Counted from the stretch's first letter, positions 36,106 through 46,827 are shown. The stretch is 64,000 nt of DNA from a virus (IMGVR_UViG_3300021399_000119:51544-115543), one strand, 5' to 3'. Notes: generated from the letters alone by a model not told the origin. Numbers and translations are program-made.

Positions 36106-38589
36106 TTATTCTTCTTCTCTTTCTATTATATCACAATCTTCTGGACTTGTCAAGAATAATTTTTGTAATTTATCTTTTAACCAAGTTTGTTTTAATTTAA
36201 CCCTACTAATTTTGATTGCTGAAAAGAACGCTTTGTTTTGGACAACTACAGAACAGAATTTTCTTGCACGTGTAATTGCTGTGTAGCACAATTCTTTTGA
36301 TAATAACGCATAATTTGACATGTCGCATCCAAAAATAACATAAGGAGCAGAAGAACCTTGAATCTTATGACAAGTTACACAGTAAGCAAGATTTAAATCT
36401 TTATATTGTTTTTCATATAAAACAACTTCCCCTACTGATGTTAAATCAACAATCATAAAGTTACTATATATCTTTTTAATATAACCCATGTTTCCATTGA
36501 AAATAGCAATTTCTTCCCCATCTGGAGTTTGCGCTTTATAATCATTTTTAGTAACTATAACTCGATCCCCTTCTTTATAAGTAACAGTCCATTTGATACC
36601 GTTATCAGTATAAACCACTTGTGTTGATGAACGAAAGACATCTTTATTATTTACAATTTTTTGAATTTCTTCATTTAGACATCTACAAGAAATATTTCCC
36701 CTTACTCTCATTGGAACTATGACTTGAATATCTTCAGCAGGAATATGACGCTTTTCATACATTTCTTTAAATTCTTCCAGTATTTTATATTGAGAAAGAT
36801 TATAATCAGAATAAGTTACAAACTTTAAGTCTTTTAATTCTCCTCTATAATCTGCATCAATAACAGCATCAGACCCAAATGCAGCTTGTCCATTTGACAC
36901 TCTTAAAGATTCAGTAATAATACCACTTTGTTGTGCTTGTCTATGAATTTTAGTTAAAATATTACTACTAATAACACCAGAGGACATACAATCTTTAAGC
37001 ACATTTCCCATGCCGATGCTTTCTAATTGGGCAATATCTCCAACCATTAAGAACTTAGCTCCATTCGGAATTGCTTTTAGTAAAGTAGCAAAAAGCTCTC
37101 CTCCAACCATTGAAGCTTCATCAAGAATAACCATATCACAAGGGAGTTTATTCTTTTCAGTATATGTAAAACCACCTTTTTTAGGGTTATATCCTAATAA
37201 TTTATGAATTGTAGATCCATGAATATGAGTAATTTCGCCCAGTTTTGAAGCAGCACGTCCACTTAATGCACACATTTCAGGCTCTTTGCCATAAGCTTTA
37301 AGAATTTTAACAATAGCATTGACAGTAAAACTTTTACCTGTACCAGCTTTTCCTGTTAAAATTGAAACTTGGTTATTTAAAATATTCCAGATTGCATTGG
37401 TTTGTTCTTCTGTATATTCAAATCCTTGTTCTTCTTCAACTTCTTTAATAACTTTAGCGCAGAAATCTTTATCAAAATAGATAGAACTTTCAGAAGTTTG
37501 AATTCTATAAAGATTATCAGCAACTGCTTGTTCAATATTATAATATCTCATTAAACCAACTCGGTTAGTTTCAGGTTCGAAATATAATAAAGGACCTTTT
37601 TCAGTAATTATTTTTAAAGAATTATCTTCTTCTCCTTCTTCGTCTTCTACTCCAACATCATAAAAGTGTTTTTCAACTTCTTCAGTTAGCATGTTTTTAA
37701 CAGTAGCAACTAATTTTTCATCAGTAACAGGAGCACATTCTGTTTGAACAGCAGTTAGAAGAACATTGATATCCATCCATGAATGCCCATTAGCTTCGCA
37801 TTGTTCTTCTAAATAATATTCTGTATAAGCCTTTATTCTTCTTTCGCTATCTCTTTCAATACCTTGATTTAAAGCTATTTGGTCTGCTTTAGCCCACCCA
37901 TAACCTCTAACTTCTCTAATTAAAACATATGGATTTTCTTTAATACGTTCGATAGCAATATCAGGAGAATGATAAATCTTTACCAATTTTTGGATAGCAC
38001 GATTAGTTAAACCATAATCTCCCAAAGCAACAAGTGCACTGGCACTGTCAATACTTGCATCATACTTGGCAATTAATTTCTTTGCTGTTTTTTCTGATAC
38101 TCCCTTTATTTGACAAAGAGTTTGAATATCTCTGTCTTCTAATAGCTTCATTGGATTATCTGTCAACCCGAATAAAGATTCAACTTGTTTTTCAGTCAAA
38201 ACACGACTTAAGAATTTCTTTTGGTCTTCAGCTGATTCTAATGGAAAATCCATTCTCATGTTGATAACATCATATTGAACCCCCCACACAGAATCGATTA
38301 CTTGAGAAGCATGAACAATATATATTGTAGATTCTTTTTGGTCTTCAATTTTAGCAGCATAATATTCTATTCTTGGCATAGGCCCTTTAAGAGTGACAAA
38401 TTCATCTACATTAATGGTATCTTCTCCCTCTAAAACTTTAATAACATGAATTTTAACAATGGCATTTGCGCCAGGGTAATGTTCTTCAAGATTTTTAGGC
38501 CATACCACTGCAGATATAATACCTTTAAATTTTACTTCTATGCCTGTTTTTTTTGAAACAGATTTTTGTTTAGCAAATGTTGGTTTCAT
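36106..38589 (-). CDS. recD2: RecD2-like SF1B helicase
   Basis: HhH region, GKAGTGKS, DEASM, GDIAQL, HRQ, AYCVTCHKIQGS, YTAITRA. Confidence 0.92.
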   Translation of the reverse strand: MKPTFAKQKSVSKKTGIEVKFKGIISAVVWPKNLEEHYPGANAIVKIHVIKVLEGEDTINVDEFVTLKGPMPRIEYYAAKIEDQKESTIYIVHASQVIDSVWGVQYDVINMRMDFPLESAEDQKKFLSRVLTEKQVESLFGLTDNPMKLLEDRDIQTLCQIKGVSEKTAKKLIAKYDASIDSASALVALGDYGLTNRAIQKLVKIYHSPDIAIERIKENPYVLIREVRGYGWAKADQIALNQGIERDSERRIKAYTEYYLEEQCEANGHSWMDINVLLTAVQTECAPVTDEKLVATVKNMLTEEVEKHFYDVGVEDEEGEEDNSLKIITEKGPLLYFEPETNRVGLMRYYNIEQAVADNLYRIQTSESSIYFDKDFCAKVIKEVEEEQGFEYTEEQTNAIWNILNNQVSILTGKAGTGKSFTVNAIVKILKAYGKEPEMCALSGRAASKLGEITHIHGSTIHKLLGYNPKKGGFTYTEKNKLPCDMVILDEASMVGGELFATLLKAIPNGAKFLMVGDIAQLESIGMGNVLKDCMSSGVISSNILTKIHRQAQQSGIITESLRVSNGQAAFGSDAVIDADYRGELKDLKFVTYSDYNLSQYKILEEFKEMYEKRHIPAEDIQVIVPMRVRGNISCRCLNEEIQKIVNNKDVFRSSTQVVYTDNGIKWTVTYKEGDRVIVTKNDYKAQTPDGEEIAIFNGNMGYIKKIYSNFMIVDLTSVGEVVLYEKQYKDLNLAYCVTCHKIQGSSAPYVIFGCDMSNYALLSKELCYTAITRARKFCSVVVQNKAFFSAIKISRVKLKQTWLKDKLQKLFLTSPEDCDIIEREEE
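36125..36153 (-). promoter_or_regulatory. internal sigma70-type promoter for the RNA-repair operon
   Basis: TTGACA-17-TATAAT with TG extension, embedded in the last codons of recD2. Confidence 0.8.
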
Positions 38590-39113
38590 TCCATTATTCC
38601 TTTCATAAAATCAAGATTTATATCTTTGTCTGCAAACTTTTCAATGTAAGACCTTAAATTTGGCGTAGAATCATTTTTTAAGTTGTCCCATTCTTCTTGT
38701 ATACCTGAAATACAATTATAAGCAGTAACAAAAAATTCTGAAGCAATGCAAAGCATTCCTTGTTCTACCAATAAAAAACTTATTTCAAATACTTCTTTTG
38801 CAGTAGGTATCTTAGAACACAGCGTATCTCTTAAGTATGTTTTTTCATCAAAACAAGAAACGATATAACCACTATCAAGCAAGTCTCTTAATATCAATTT
38901 ATAAATGTGGGTTGAAGGAGGAATAAATTCATCCAATTGTTTCCATGAAAAATCAGTAGTCAGTTGTTCTTTATATAATACTTCTATACAATCAGGAAGA
39001 CTGATCATACCGATAAGATCCTCACGGTCATTGAAGTATTGCAATGCTTCTTGAGTTGTATTTTTTTCAAAAACTGAAGTTACAACCAAATTAACAATTT
39101 CTTTATTAGTCAT
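38586..39113 (-). CDS. hypothetical protein
   Basis: 175-aa ORF coupled between dnaE and recD2. Confidence 0.75.
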   Translation of the reverse strand: MTNKEIVNLVVTSVFEKNTTQEALQYFNDREDLIGMISLPDCIEVLYKEQLTTDFSWKQLDEFIPPSTHIYKLILRDLLDSGYIVSCFDEKTYLRDTLCSKIPTAKEVFEISFLLVEQGMLCIASEFFVTAYNCISGIQEEWDNLKNDSTPNLRSYIEKFADKDINLDFMKGIME

Positions 39114-42100
39114 TTTTATTACCAGTCTCCCTTGTAGATTTTAATTCTAAATCATACCCAGCTTTTGTAATTAATTCAACAGTATGAGTATAACCTTTGT
39201 CCCAATTTCTCTTTGGAATAAACATATTTTCACGACGAACGCCAGAAATTAGAAGTTTGTTTCCACGAGTAAACCAAGATTTTTCAATAGTTTCTTTTTT
39301 TGTTTTGCCTTTATCATCAGAAACCATTTCACTTATATTTTTATTATAATAAATATATTCTTCTTTGTAAAATTTTACATCCACTATGCCATAAGGAGTA
39401 GAAACTGTCAAAATATGTTTGTTATTGTCTGTACCGACCACTGTACCTGCAATACGAACAGTATCATAAACATTATATTCTTTTCCAGAACGACTAATTT
39501 TAGTTCCTATTGGTTTTAATGTCTCTGGAAGTTTATTAAAATCAACAATTCCATATCTAACATTATTTACGCTAAGAAGTTCGTGTTTACTCATATAACA
39601 AGTCAGCGCATCAAATTCCCAAGAACTTAAATCGCCTTGACAATATTTCTCTTGTTGTTGTGTAATATATTCATTTATTTCTGCCTCATAGAAAGCTTGG
39701 CATCCAGCTTTAGAATTTAACCAATCAAATAGAGGCTTAATCAATTCTTTATATACAGCAGTCATCTTCTTCTTGACAACCATAATCTTGCCATTCATTT
39801 CATAAAAATCACTGTTTGCTACATTAAATTTATATTTTAAATTTAGATTAAAAAAACGAATAACATCTTCATCATCGAATTCATATCTTTGACTTTGTTT
39901 ATTATATTGATATTTATCAATCCATTTGTTAAAATTATATAAACGTAATAGACTATAAAGATTTTCTGGCAAAATTTTCATTTTAACCGCTTTAGCAATA
40001 TTTGCAGCTGTCATAGCATCTTTTAATTTAATACTCTCTTTTGCCTTTAAAGTTAAATAGTCTGTCATGATTGTAAGACGATTTTTATTATCAATAGCAT
40101 CAAAAGCTCCCGCTTTAATTAAAGATAACATTTGAACATTTGTTGGTTGGACTCTTTGATAAAAATCTATTGAGCTTGTGTATGGTCTATTAGCGATAAT
40201 TTGATTAATTAGATCTTCGTTAACATCTTTTACACCTAATAAACCATAAATAATAGCATTATTTTCAACATCTGGAATAAAGTCGATTGAAGCACGATTA
40301 ATATCTGGAGGAGTAATTTTAACGCCTTGAACTTGAATATTACCAATAGCTTTTCCTATCTTTTTATAATCGGCCGCTATTGTTTTCTTTTTCTTGTCTT
40401 CAACACTATCAAAAGTTTCCTCGTAATCGTCTTCGTCTCCATATTCATCACTGGCATCTTCTATATTAGATGACCCTGTACTTCCAGCATTAACACATAA
40501 ACAACTACAAGTCCAAAAAAGTGGATTAAATTTTGAGAATAAAGTTACTTCTTGCCATGCAATTAAACTATATCCTATGTCATGTGGGATGGAGAAACTG
40601 TACCCGAGTTGAGGTTCTACAGCTTTTTTCCACACATAATCCAAAAATGCTTTAGAAGTATTAGGATTTTGCGTATAAAAATCCTGTTGCAATTGAGGAA
40701 TTAGTTTCAGTTTTTTCTTTGCTATAGTTTTACGGGCTGCATCAGCTTGTTTTAAAGTAAAATTACTGATTTCTGGGTCCATTAAAAGAAGCATTACATC
40801 TTCTTGTTCAACGGCACAACCAAACTTATATTTTAAGTATTTTTCTAGAATTTTTACTTCATGTTCTTGAAGACCCCAATCATTCATTTCTTTATACCAT
40901 TCATTGATATCATTACGGAAACGAACAAAACGATCAATTGGAGGTTCTTGCCCTTCAACAGCTTGTAATCTCATAACAGCATTTGCTGCACCCATTTGCT
41001 TAATATTTTCTGGTTTAGTTACTTTCAAGCAATGCTCTCCAACTGAACCAGCACCTAAAAATTGGAACAGGTCGGTAACCTTACAGTCATTCATGTTTTT
41101 CCACATTTGTGGATCATTATAAACCATTTTACTTGGATGTAAATAATGCATGTAAGTATTTTTAAGAGAGCCTTTCCATTCAATTTGTTTTTGTTGTAAT
41201 AATAAATCTAAACATTTCATAATTTTTTCTTCCGCATCTGTACGAAGTAAGTCAAATTTTAAAATACCACACAAATCAGAAGAATTCATATTAAGACACG
41301 TAATTAAAGTACCATTAGGAGCTCTCATTCCTGAAACATATTCATAATAAGGTTTTTTAGTAATGTAAACACATGATGCATGTATTCCCATACCATTCAC
41401 CAACCCCTCAATATTTTGAACAGTTTCAAATAAACGAGGGTATTCTTTAAGTTTTTGTATAAATTGAGGTTGAGGTTCAAATCCCAACTCATCGTTTCCT
41501 TCAAGACAATCTTTTAAAGTATACACTTTTCCTCTGTAAATAGGAACCATAGCAGAATATTCTTGAGCTAAATCATTGTTAATATTAAGTCCACGACAAG
41601 CTGTTTGAACTGCTGCTTTTAGAGTTTCATTTTTAAAAGTAATGCAATTAATAACGTTATCTTGACCAAAATAGTTTCTAAATGAATCCATAATCACTTC
41701 GGTTTTAGACCCCGCTATGTCAATATCAACATCAGGGTAATTCCCTGCACCAGATCTTGCTTTATTTAAGAATCTCCAATATTTTACATCATATTCTAAT
41801 GGGTTAGACTGAACAATATCAATCAAAAAATTTGTATAGAAACTCATGGCACTACCACGAGAAATACCAATAACACTATTTTCCCAAATTAAATCTTCAA
41901 TTTTACGAACTAAATTCAAATAACCACTCATTGGTTGATTATTAGCGTCGCTTATATAGCGAAGAACGTCTAATTCTGTATTGATTCTTTCAGCTTTTTC
42001 TTCATCAATAACTATATTTTTATTAATAATTCCTTGTTCAATTAAATATATTAAATATTGATCTTGTTCGTATTGACTTTCACAAGCATAATATTTGATT

Positions 42101-43059
42101 TGCTCATATTTGTTATACCAAGGTTTTAACAAATGTTGTAATTGGAAACTTGGTAATTCAGGGGCAGGAATAATAGTAGATTGACGAAAATCAAATTCTT
42201 GTATATTTTGAGTAAAGAGTTCTGTATTACTAATAGCATTTTCTATATCTTCTTTTGAAATATTGCTGTAAGCTAAATTTTGTCTTATTTCATCTAAAGA
42301 CATTACATAAGTGAACCTATAAAATTTTTCAGTCTCTCTATCTGTATTTTCTTTACTATTAATAAAAGCAGAATGTATTTCAAAATCTTCTTTGTTTAAA
42401 TAATGACTGTCTGTGGTAACAATAAACTTTAAATCATAATGCTTTGCTAATCCTACTAAAACTGAATTAACAATAATTTGTTCGTCAGAATCAGAAGGTT
42501 GCAATTCTAATGCCACATTTTCTTTACCAAAAACTTCTATTAACCATCTAGTAAATTTATTAACATTTTCTACATTATTGGCTAAAATCATTTTATCCAA
42601 TTGTGAGCCTAAACAAGCAGTAGAACATAAAAGATGGCCAGGATTAGTTTTTACAACTTGTTCTAAATCTTGATAAGTTGTAGGAACTCTACGTTGACCA
42701 CGGTCCATATAACTACGTTTCCAACTTATATCAGAAAGTAAATTCAATTGTTTCCATCCTATTTCATCTTTAGCAATTAAAATAAAATGGTAATAATCTT
42801 TAGTATTGTGAAGATCTTTTTCATCTATTAAATATATTTCATTGCCAAAAATAACTTTAAAATCGGGATATTTTTCTTTAATTTCGTCACGAAGTTGAAG
42901 CCAATCCATTGCTCCTGAAAGACAGGCATGATCGGTTAATGCAATACCACCATATCCTAAGTCAATAGCTTTATATATTAAATTCTTAGGTTTAATAATA
43001 CAGTCAGGGAATCTTAAATTAGAATAATGACTGTGGTTATGTAGACTAATATATTTCAT
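39106..43059 (-). CDS. dnaE: DNA polymerase III alpha subunit
   Basis: PHP domain (LHNHSHYS, ALTDH), RGSA, YPDVDID, GIHAS, LKFDLL, GYSFSIPH. Confidence 0.95.
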   Translation of the reverse strand: MKYISLHNHSHYSNLRFPDCIIKPKNLIYKAIDLGYGGIALTDHACLSGAMDWLQLRDEIKEKYPDFKVIFGNEIYLIDEKDLHNTKDYYHFILIAKDEIGWKQLNLLSDISWKRSYMDRGQRRVPTTYQDLEQVVKTNPGHLLCSTACLGSQLDKMILANNVENVNKFTRWLIEVFGKENVALELQPSDSDEQIIVNSVLVGLAKHYDLKFIVTTDSHYLNKEDFEIHSAFINSKENTDRETEKFYRFTYVMSLDEIRQNLAYSNISKEDIENAISNTELFTQNIQEFDFRQSTIIPAPELPSFQLQHLLKPWYNKYEQIKYYACESQYEQDQYLIYLIEQGIINKNIVIDEEKAERINTELDVLRYISDANNQPMSGYLNLVRKIEDLIWENSVIGISRGSAMSFYTNFLIDIVQSNPLEYDVKYWRFLNKARSGAGNYPDVDIDIAGSKTEVIMDSFRNYFGQDNVINCITFKNETLKAAVQTACRGLNINNDLAQEYSAMVPIYRGKVYTLKDCLEGNDELGFEPQPQFIQKLKEYPRLFETVQNIEGLVNGMGIHASCVYITKKPYYEYVSGMRAPNGTLITCLNMNSSDLCGILKFDLLRTDAEEKIMKCLDLLLQQKQIEWKGSLKNTYMHYLHPSKMVYNDPQMWKNMNDCKVTDLFQFLGAGSVGEHCLKVTKPENIKQMGAANAVMRLQAVEGQEPPIDRFVRFRNDINEWYKEMNDWGLQEHEVKILEKYLKYKFGCAVEQEDVMLLLMDPEISNFTLKQADAARKTIAKKKLKLIPQLQQDFYTQNPNTSKAFLDYVWKKAVEPQLGYSFSIPHDIGYSLIAWQEVTLFSKFNPLFWTCSCLCVNAGSTGSSNIEDASDEYGDEDDYEETFDSVEDKKKKTIAADYKKIGKAIGNIQVQGVKITPPDINRASIDFIPDVENNAIIYGLLGVKDVNEDLINQIIANRPYTSSIDFYQRVQPTNVQMLSLIKAGAFDAIDNKNRLTIMTDYLTLKAKESIKLKDAMTAANIAKAVKMKILPENLYSLLRLYNFNKWIDKYQYNKQSQRYEFDDEDVIRFFNLNLKYKFNVANSDFYEMNGKIMVVKKKMTAVYKELIKPLFDWLNSKAGCQAFYEAEINEYITQQQEKYCQGDLSSWEFDALTCYMSKHELLSVNNVRYGIVDFNKLPETLKPIGTKISRSGKEYNVYDTVRIAGTVVGTDNNKHILTVSTPYGIVDVKFYKEEYIYYNKNISEMVSDDKGKTKKETIEKSWFTRGNKLLISGVRRENMFIPKRNWDKGYTHTVELITKAGYDLELKSTRETGNKND

Positions 43060-43080
43060 TATTTTTTCCTTTCTTAGTTT

Positions 43081-43971
43081 TTATTCTATATCGTTTTCCC
43101 AGCTCAAACCACGATTTTGATAATTTTCTTTTGCTTTTTGTTTTTTACGTAATAAAAAAATACTAGCATTATGATACATGTTATAAAAACATTCTTTTAA
43201 AAAATCTTTTTTATAAATAGTTAAACTATAATTATTAATTTTTCTATTTGCAATATCTTTTTTACGAGTTAATTTTACATCACTATTAATTAATTTTTTA
43301 ATTCCTTCTAATACTTCTTGGGTTCCACAAATACGTATGCAACCTCGAGTATATGAACCATCCCCATCTATGTATCCACGAAGAAAATCCCAAATTAAAT
43401 GTGAAGGAATTTGTTCAGAAGTCGGAAATTGCAAAACAGTGGTCTTTTTTATAAAACATCCTTTATCAATTAACGCATCTGCTAGTTGAGGAGAAGATAT
43501 AACTATTCTGCCATATGAAGTAGTTCCATAAGTAGTTGTAGTTGTATAATATTTTATATCTCCAGTAAATTCAATATCCTCTTTAAATTTTTCTAATAAT
43601 TCCTTATCTTTAACATTAACAGAAAAACCTATACTTTTGTTTTGTTTGTTTTTTTCACTACCTGCACAAATATAGCCATCAGCATAGAAAAAACCAACCC
43701 AATATGCTTTATGTTCATTATCAATAACATCAAAATAGTGTTCATTACAAGTATTTTTTAATGCTTGCTCACGATTATTTCGGCATTTCCATCCCATTTG
43801 ATGAAATAAACCATATATAGTACTGCTACCACATTCGGAAAAATTTTTTGCAATTGTTTGAATTCCTTTGTGATGGTTATAATATTGATCATAAATAAAA
43901 TCTTTTTCTTCTTGAGAAAATTCAAATCTCCAAGCGCTAACACCATTGTATCCTGTCGGCACTTTTTTCAT
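43081..43971 (-). CDS. free-standing LAGLIDADG homing endonuclease
   Basis: AYWVGFFYADG and DFLRGYIDGDG. Confidence 0.88.
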   Translation of the reverse strand: MKKVPTGYNGVSAWRFEFSQEEKDFIYDQYYNHHKGIQTIAKNFSECGSSTIYGLFHQMGWKCRNNREQALKNTCNEHYFDVIDNEHKAYWVGFFYADGYICAGSEKNKQNKSIGFSVNVKDKELLEKFKEDIEFTGDIKYYTTTTTYGTTSYGRIVISSPQLADALIDKGCFIKKTTVLQFPTSEQIPSHLIWDFLRGYIDGDGSYTRGCIRICGTQEVLEGIKKLINSDVKLTRKKDIANRKINNYSLTIYKKDFLKECFYNMYHNASIFLLRKKQKAKENYQNRGLSWENDIE

Positions 43972-43982
43972 AATCCACCCCC

Positions 43983-44219
43983 CTATTCTTCTTCCTTAAT
44001 TTCTTTTTCTTTCCATTGATTGCAGCAGAAGAATTTCTTGGCTGCATCAGTAATTGTAATAGCACTTTCTAGTCGATATTGTTCTCCAACATCTCTTCCA
44101 TTGTCTAAAACTCTAGTCATAACAAGAAAATTTTCTCTAATGAGTTTGCACATTCCTAAACTGTTATGAATACAGTTTTCACAAGTCTTTACTTTTTTAG
44201 TTGTTTTATTTTCAGCCAT
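43983..44219 (-). CDS. Cys-rich hypothetical protein
   Basis: CENCIH...C...CC; GGAGG RBS. Confidence 0.7.
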   Translation of the reverse strand: MAENKTTKKVKTCENCIHNSLGMCKLIRENFLVMTRVLDNGRDVGEQYRLESAITITDAAKKFFCCNQWKEKEIKEEE

Positions 44220-44244
44220 TTAGAAAACCTCCTTCTCATAATAT

Positions 44245-44273
44245 ATTATAGCATAAAAAAAAGATATTGTCAA
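44245..44273 (-). promoter_or_regulatory. sigma70-type promoter for the dnaE unit
   Basis: TTGACA-17-TATAAT with TGn. Confidence 0.85.
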
Positions 44274-44315
44274 GTAAAAAATAACAATATTTTTATTTTT
44301 TGCTTATCAATATCT

Positions 44316-44729
44316 TTATTTATTGTTTTTATCTTTATCTAAAAAATAGTCAATTATACTAGTAAAATATATCCTACAATCAAAATTATAAGCCCCTCCG
44401 CCATAACATTTGCCATTAAAATATATATATTCTTGTTGCCCATAATCATCTATATATACTGGGACCTCTTGTCCACGATAACGCAATATACCGAAAGGAT
44501 ATTCTCCATCTACTTTGTATTTTTCTTTTTCTTCTTCTGTAGGTTCGTCTACTTGTGGCTTAAAATCGAATTCGTATTTTAAATGTTGGAATAAAAAATT
44601 AGCTCCATCTATATAAGCATCCCAATAATCTTTTCCCTTAGGAGCATTTTTTCTTTCTTTTTGTATTTTTGCAAGTTCTATTGCCTCTTCATAATTCTCT
44701 ATAACGACTTTAATTATTGTATCTTTCAT
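44316..44729 (-). CDS. hypothetical protein
   Basis: ORF from MKDT; VYIDDYGQQ. Confidence 0.7.
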   Translation of the reverse strand: MKDTIIKVVIENYEEAIELAKIQKERKNAPKGKDYWDAYIDGANFLFQHLKYEFDFKPQVDEPTEEEKEKYKVDGEYPFGILRYRGQEVPVYIDDYGQQEYIYFNGKCYGGGAYNFDCRIYFTSIIDYFLDKDKNNK

Positions 44730-44742
44730 TTTTTGGTTCCTC

Positions 44743-44925
44743 TTATTTTTTATGTTTTTTTCTATAATTAAATAAATATCTGTCTTTATTCCATCTTTTT
44801 CTTTCATATGTATCATCATCAAAAACTCTACAAATGCAATGTAAAAGATAGATCAAAGTAAAAATTGCTATTATTACAGATAGTACAGCTAAACTGACTT
44901 CAAAATAAGTTGATGTAAGAATCAT
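44743..44925 (-). CDS. small membrane protein
   Basis: Single hydrophobic helix; GAGG RBS. Confidence 0.6.
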   Translation of the reverse strand: MILTSTYFEVSLAVLSVIIAIFTLIYLLHCICRVFDDDTYERKRWNKDRYLFNYRKKHKK

Positions 44926-44957
44926 AATTTTTACCTCTTTCTTTTCTAAAATATTTT

Positions 44958-45488
44958 TTATATTATATGAATCATATTGCCTGTAAAGATTAATCTTGTT
45001 AACTCATCATTAGATATGTAATCATATGCAGGCGATACAAACCAATTTATCCAAGGGTTTTCTCTTTTTGATTTTTGAGATTTTATTTCAAAGATATACT
45101 TATAAACTTTATCATTATATGTATCAGTTATATCATAAAAATCTTGAAGGGACATAACCTCATTGGTAACATCACTTTTAAAAAACACTGTACGTTCACC
45201 ATCTACCATTTCTATTATTATATAATAACTATCTAAGATTTCTTTTTCATCTTGGTATATTACCATTCCATCATGCAAAGATTGGAACTTTGTTTCAATC
45301 TTAGTCGCACTATTAATAACAAGACAGAAAATAAATAGAATTAATAACAAACCGCCATAAATAGAAGTCATTATAGAACTAACATATCTATCTTCATTAT
45401 GATATCTATCTTCATTATGACGATGACCATAAATCCAACGGACTAATGCTGTTAAAAACAGTACAATTAAGAATAATGTTATAATCAT
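44958..45488 (-). CDS. membrane protein (paralog of 1110-1631)
   Basis: Two TM helices; NPWINWFVSPAY; HNEDRY duplicated. Confidence 0.75.
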   Translation of the reverse strand: MIITLFLIVLFLTALVRWIYGHRHNEDRYHNEDRYVSSIMTSIYGGLLLILFIFCLVINSATKIETKFQSLHDGMVIYQDEKEILDSYYIIIEMVDGERTVFFKSDVTNEVMSLQDFYDITDTYNDKVYKYIFEIKSQKSKRENPWINWFVSPAYDYISNDELTRLIFTGNMIHII

Positions 45489-45505
45489 AATTTTTACTTC
45501 CTTTC

Positions 45506-45973
45506 TTATTCATCTTTATCTAAATTTTTATCCCATTCTTTTAATTCTATCCCGTGTTCTTTAAACCATTCTTGAAGAACTGGTCTTTCTGCGCATTTAC
45601 GCCAAGGTGCTTCATGGACAATTAAAACGAACACAAGATTTTCCATATTTGAATTATTGTAAAATTCTTGAAAACTTTCTATGAATTCGTCAAAGTTTAT
45701 AGTATTAAGATATTCTTTATATTTTTTCATAAATAAACAAGGAATAGAAAAAGGGCAATCTTTCCTGCATTCCTGATTATGTTTAGTTAATTCTTCCCAA
45801 AGATTTGATGGAAAATTTAAAATTGGAGCACGACATCCAATTAAAACTCCGTTTTTATCGAGATTTGGGACTTTTCTTCTATACCATTTAGGATCCCACA
45901 TAGCGGTACTAACAGGAATCATATTTGGTGTAAAAAACCTTATCTGATAAAAATAAGAGATATAAAATTTCAT
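45506..45973 (-). CDS. DUF488-like phage protein
   Basis: YISYF...DPKW...LIVHE....CAER..L. Confidence 0.6.
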   Translation of the reverse strand: MKFYISYFYQIRFFTPNMIPVSTAMWDPKWYRRKVPNLDKNGVLIGCRAPILNFPSNLWEELTKHNQECRKDCPFSIPCLFMKKYKEYLNTINFDEFIESFQEFYNNSNMENLVFVLIVHEAPWRKCAERPVLQEWFKEHGIELKEWDKNLDKDE

Positions 45974-46173
45974 TAATACCCTCTTTCTTCATAAGCTTCT
46001 AATACTTCAATTGCATTTTCAATATAAACTTTCAATGCATATGGAAAAGTGTTAGGTTCTAAATCTTCATCTAGTCTTCCTAAATTGAAAGAACACCACT
46101 TCAAAGACTTAATAGTATTCTCAATATTTTCTTTAGTAATAACTTTACCATCTTTTGTTTTTAAATCAACCAT
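45973..46173 (-). CDS. hypothetical protein
   Basis: 66-aa ORF. Confidence 0.6.
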   Translation of the reverse strand: MVDLKTKDGKVITKENIENTIKSLKWCSFNLGRLDEDLEPNTFPYALKVYIENAIEVLEAYEERGY

Positions 46174-46201
46174 TACTCTTCTTCTCCGAAGATTTCTTCT
46201 T

Positions 46202-46468
46202 TTAGATATTAAACTTTATATGTTCTTCAGCTAAGGCCCAGACTACACATACAAGACCAATTCCACCCATCATTTGCAGGAGCATGCCTAATCCAAATAC
46301 ACCAATCATCAAATTAACAAAATTGTCAGAAAATCTTTTATACGTTTCATTTGCATCCATGGACACGACATGATTTGTACAAACCATACAAATAATGCCA
46401 ACAATTAAAATTACTAAACTAATGATAAAAAGTTTTTTTCTTGTTATTTCCATATATGTTTTCTCCAT
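46202..46468 (-). CDS. small membrane protein
   Basis: Two hydrophobic helices. Confidence 0.65.
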   Translation of the reverse strand: MEKTYMEITRKKLFIISLVILIVGIICMVCTNHVVSMDANETYKRFSDNFVNLMIGVFGLGMLLQMMGGIGLVCVVWALAEEHIKFNI

Positions 46469-46486
46469 TTAAATTTATCTACCTAT

Positions 46487-46515
46487 ATTATATCATAGAA
46501 GAAAAAAAGTGTCAA
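46487..46515 (-). promoter_or_regulatory. sigma70-type promoter overlapping the tRNA-array terminator
   Basis: TTGACA-17-TATAAT; -35 box inside the aaaaagtgtcaagact/agtcttgacacttttt inverted repeat (46504-46552). Confidence 0.85.
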
Positions 46516-46586
46516 GACTTTTTTAAAAAAATTTTTAGTCTTGACACTTTTTAATAAAATGCGATTTTATTTCATTTTCTCTTAAA

Positions 46587-46662
<76 letters not shown>

Positions 46663-46827
46663 ATTTTAATTAAAAAGAAAAGGTTGCTTTAAGGTGAACC
46701 CGCTAACGCCTCGGTTCAGGGCGACACAACCTATTAAATGAATACACCGTTTCCAGCCATTTAATAGGACAAATATTTCTATTTGGCTTTTTGAAAATAT
46801 TTATGACCGATATTATAACCTTTTTAC

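Noticed and set aside
39106-43059. Intein or intron in dnaE
   Set aside because: The ORF is continuous with no splice motifs; only a short acidic insertion is present
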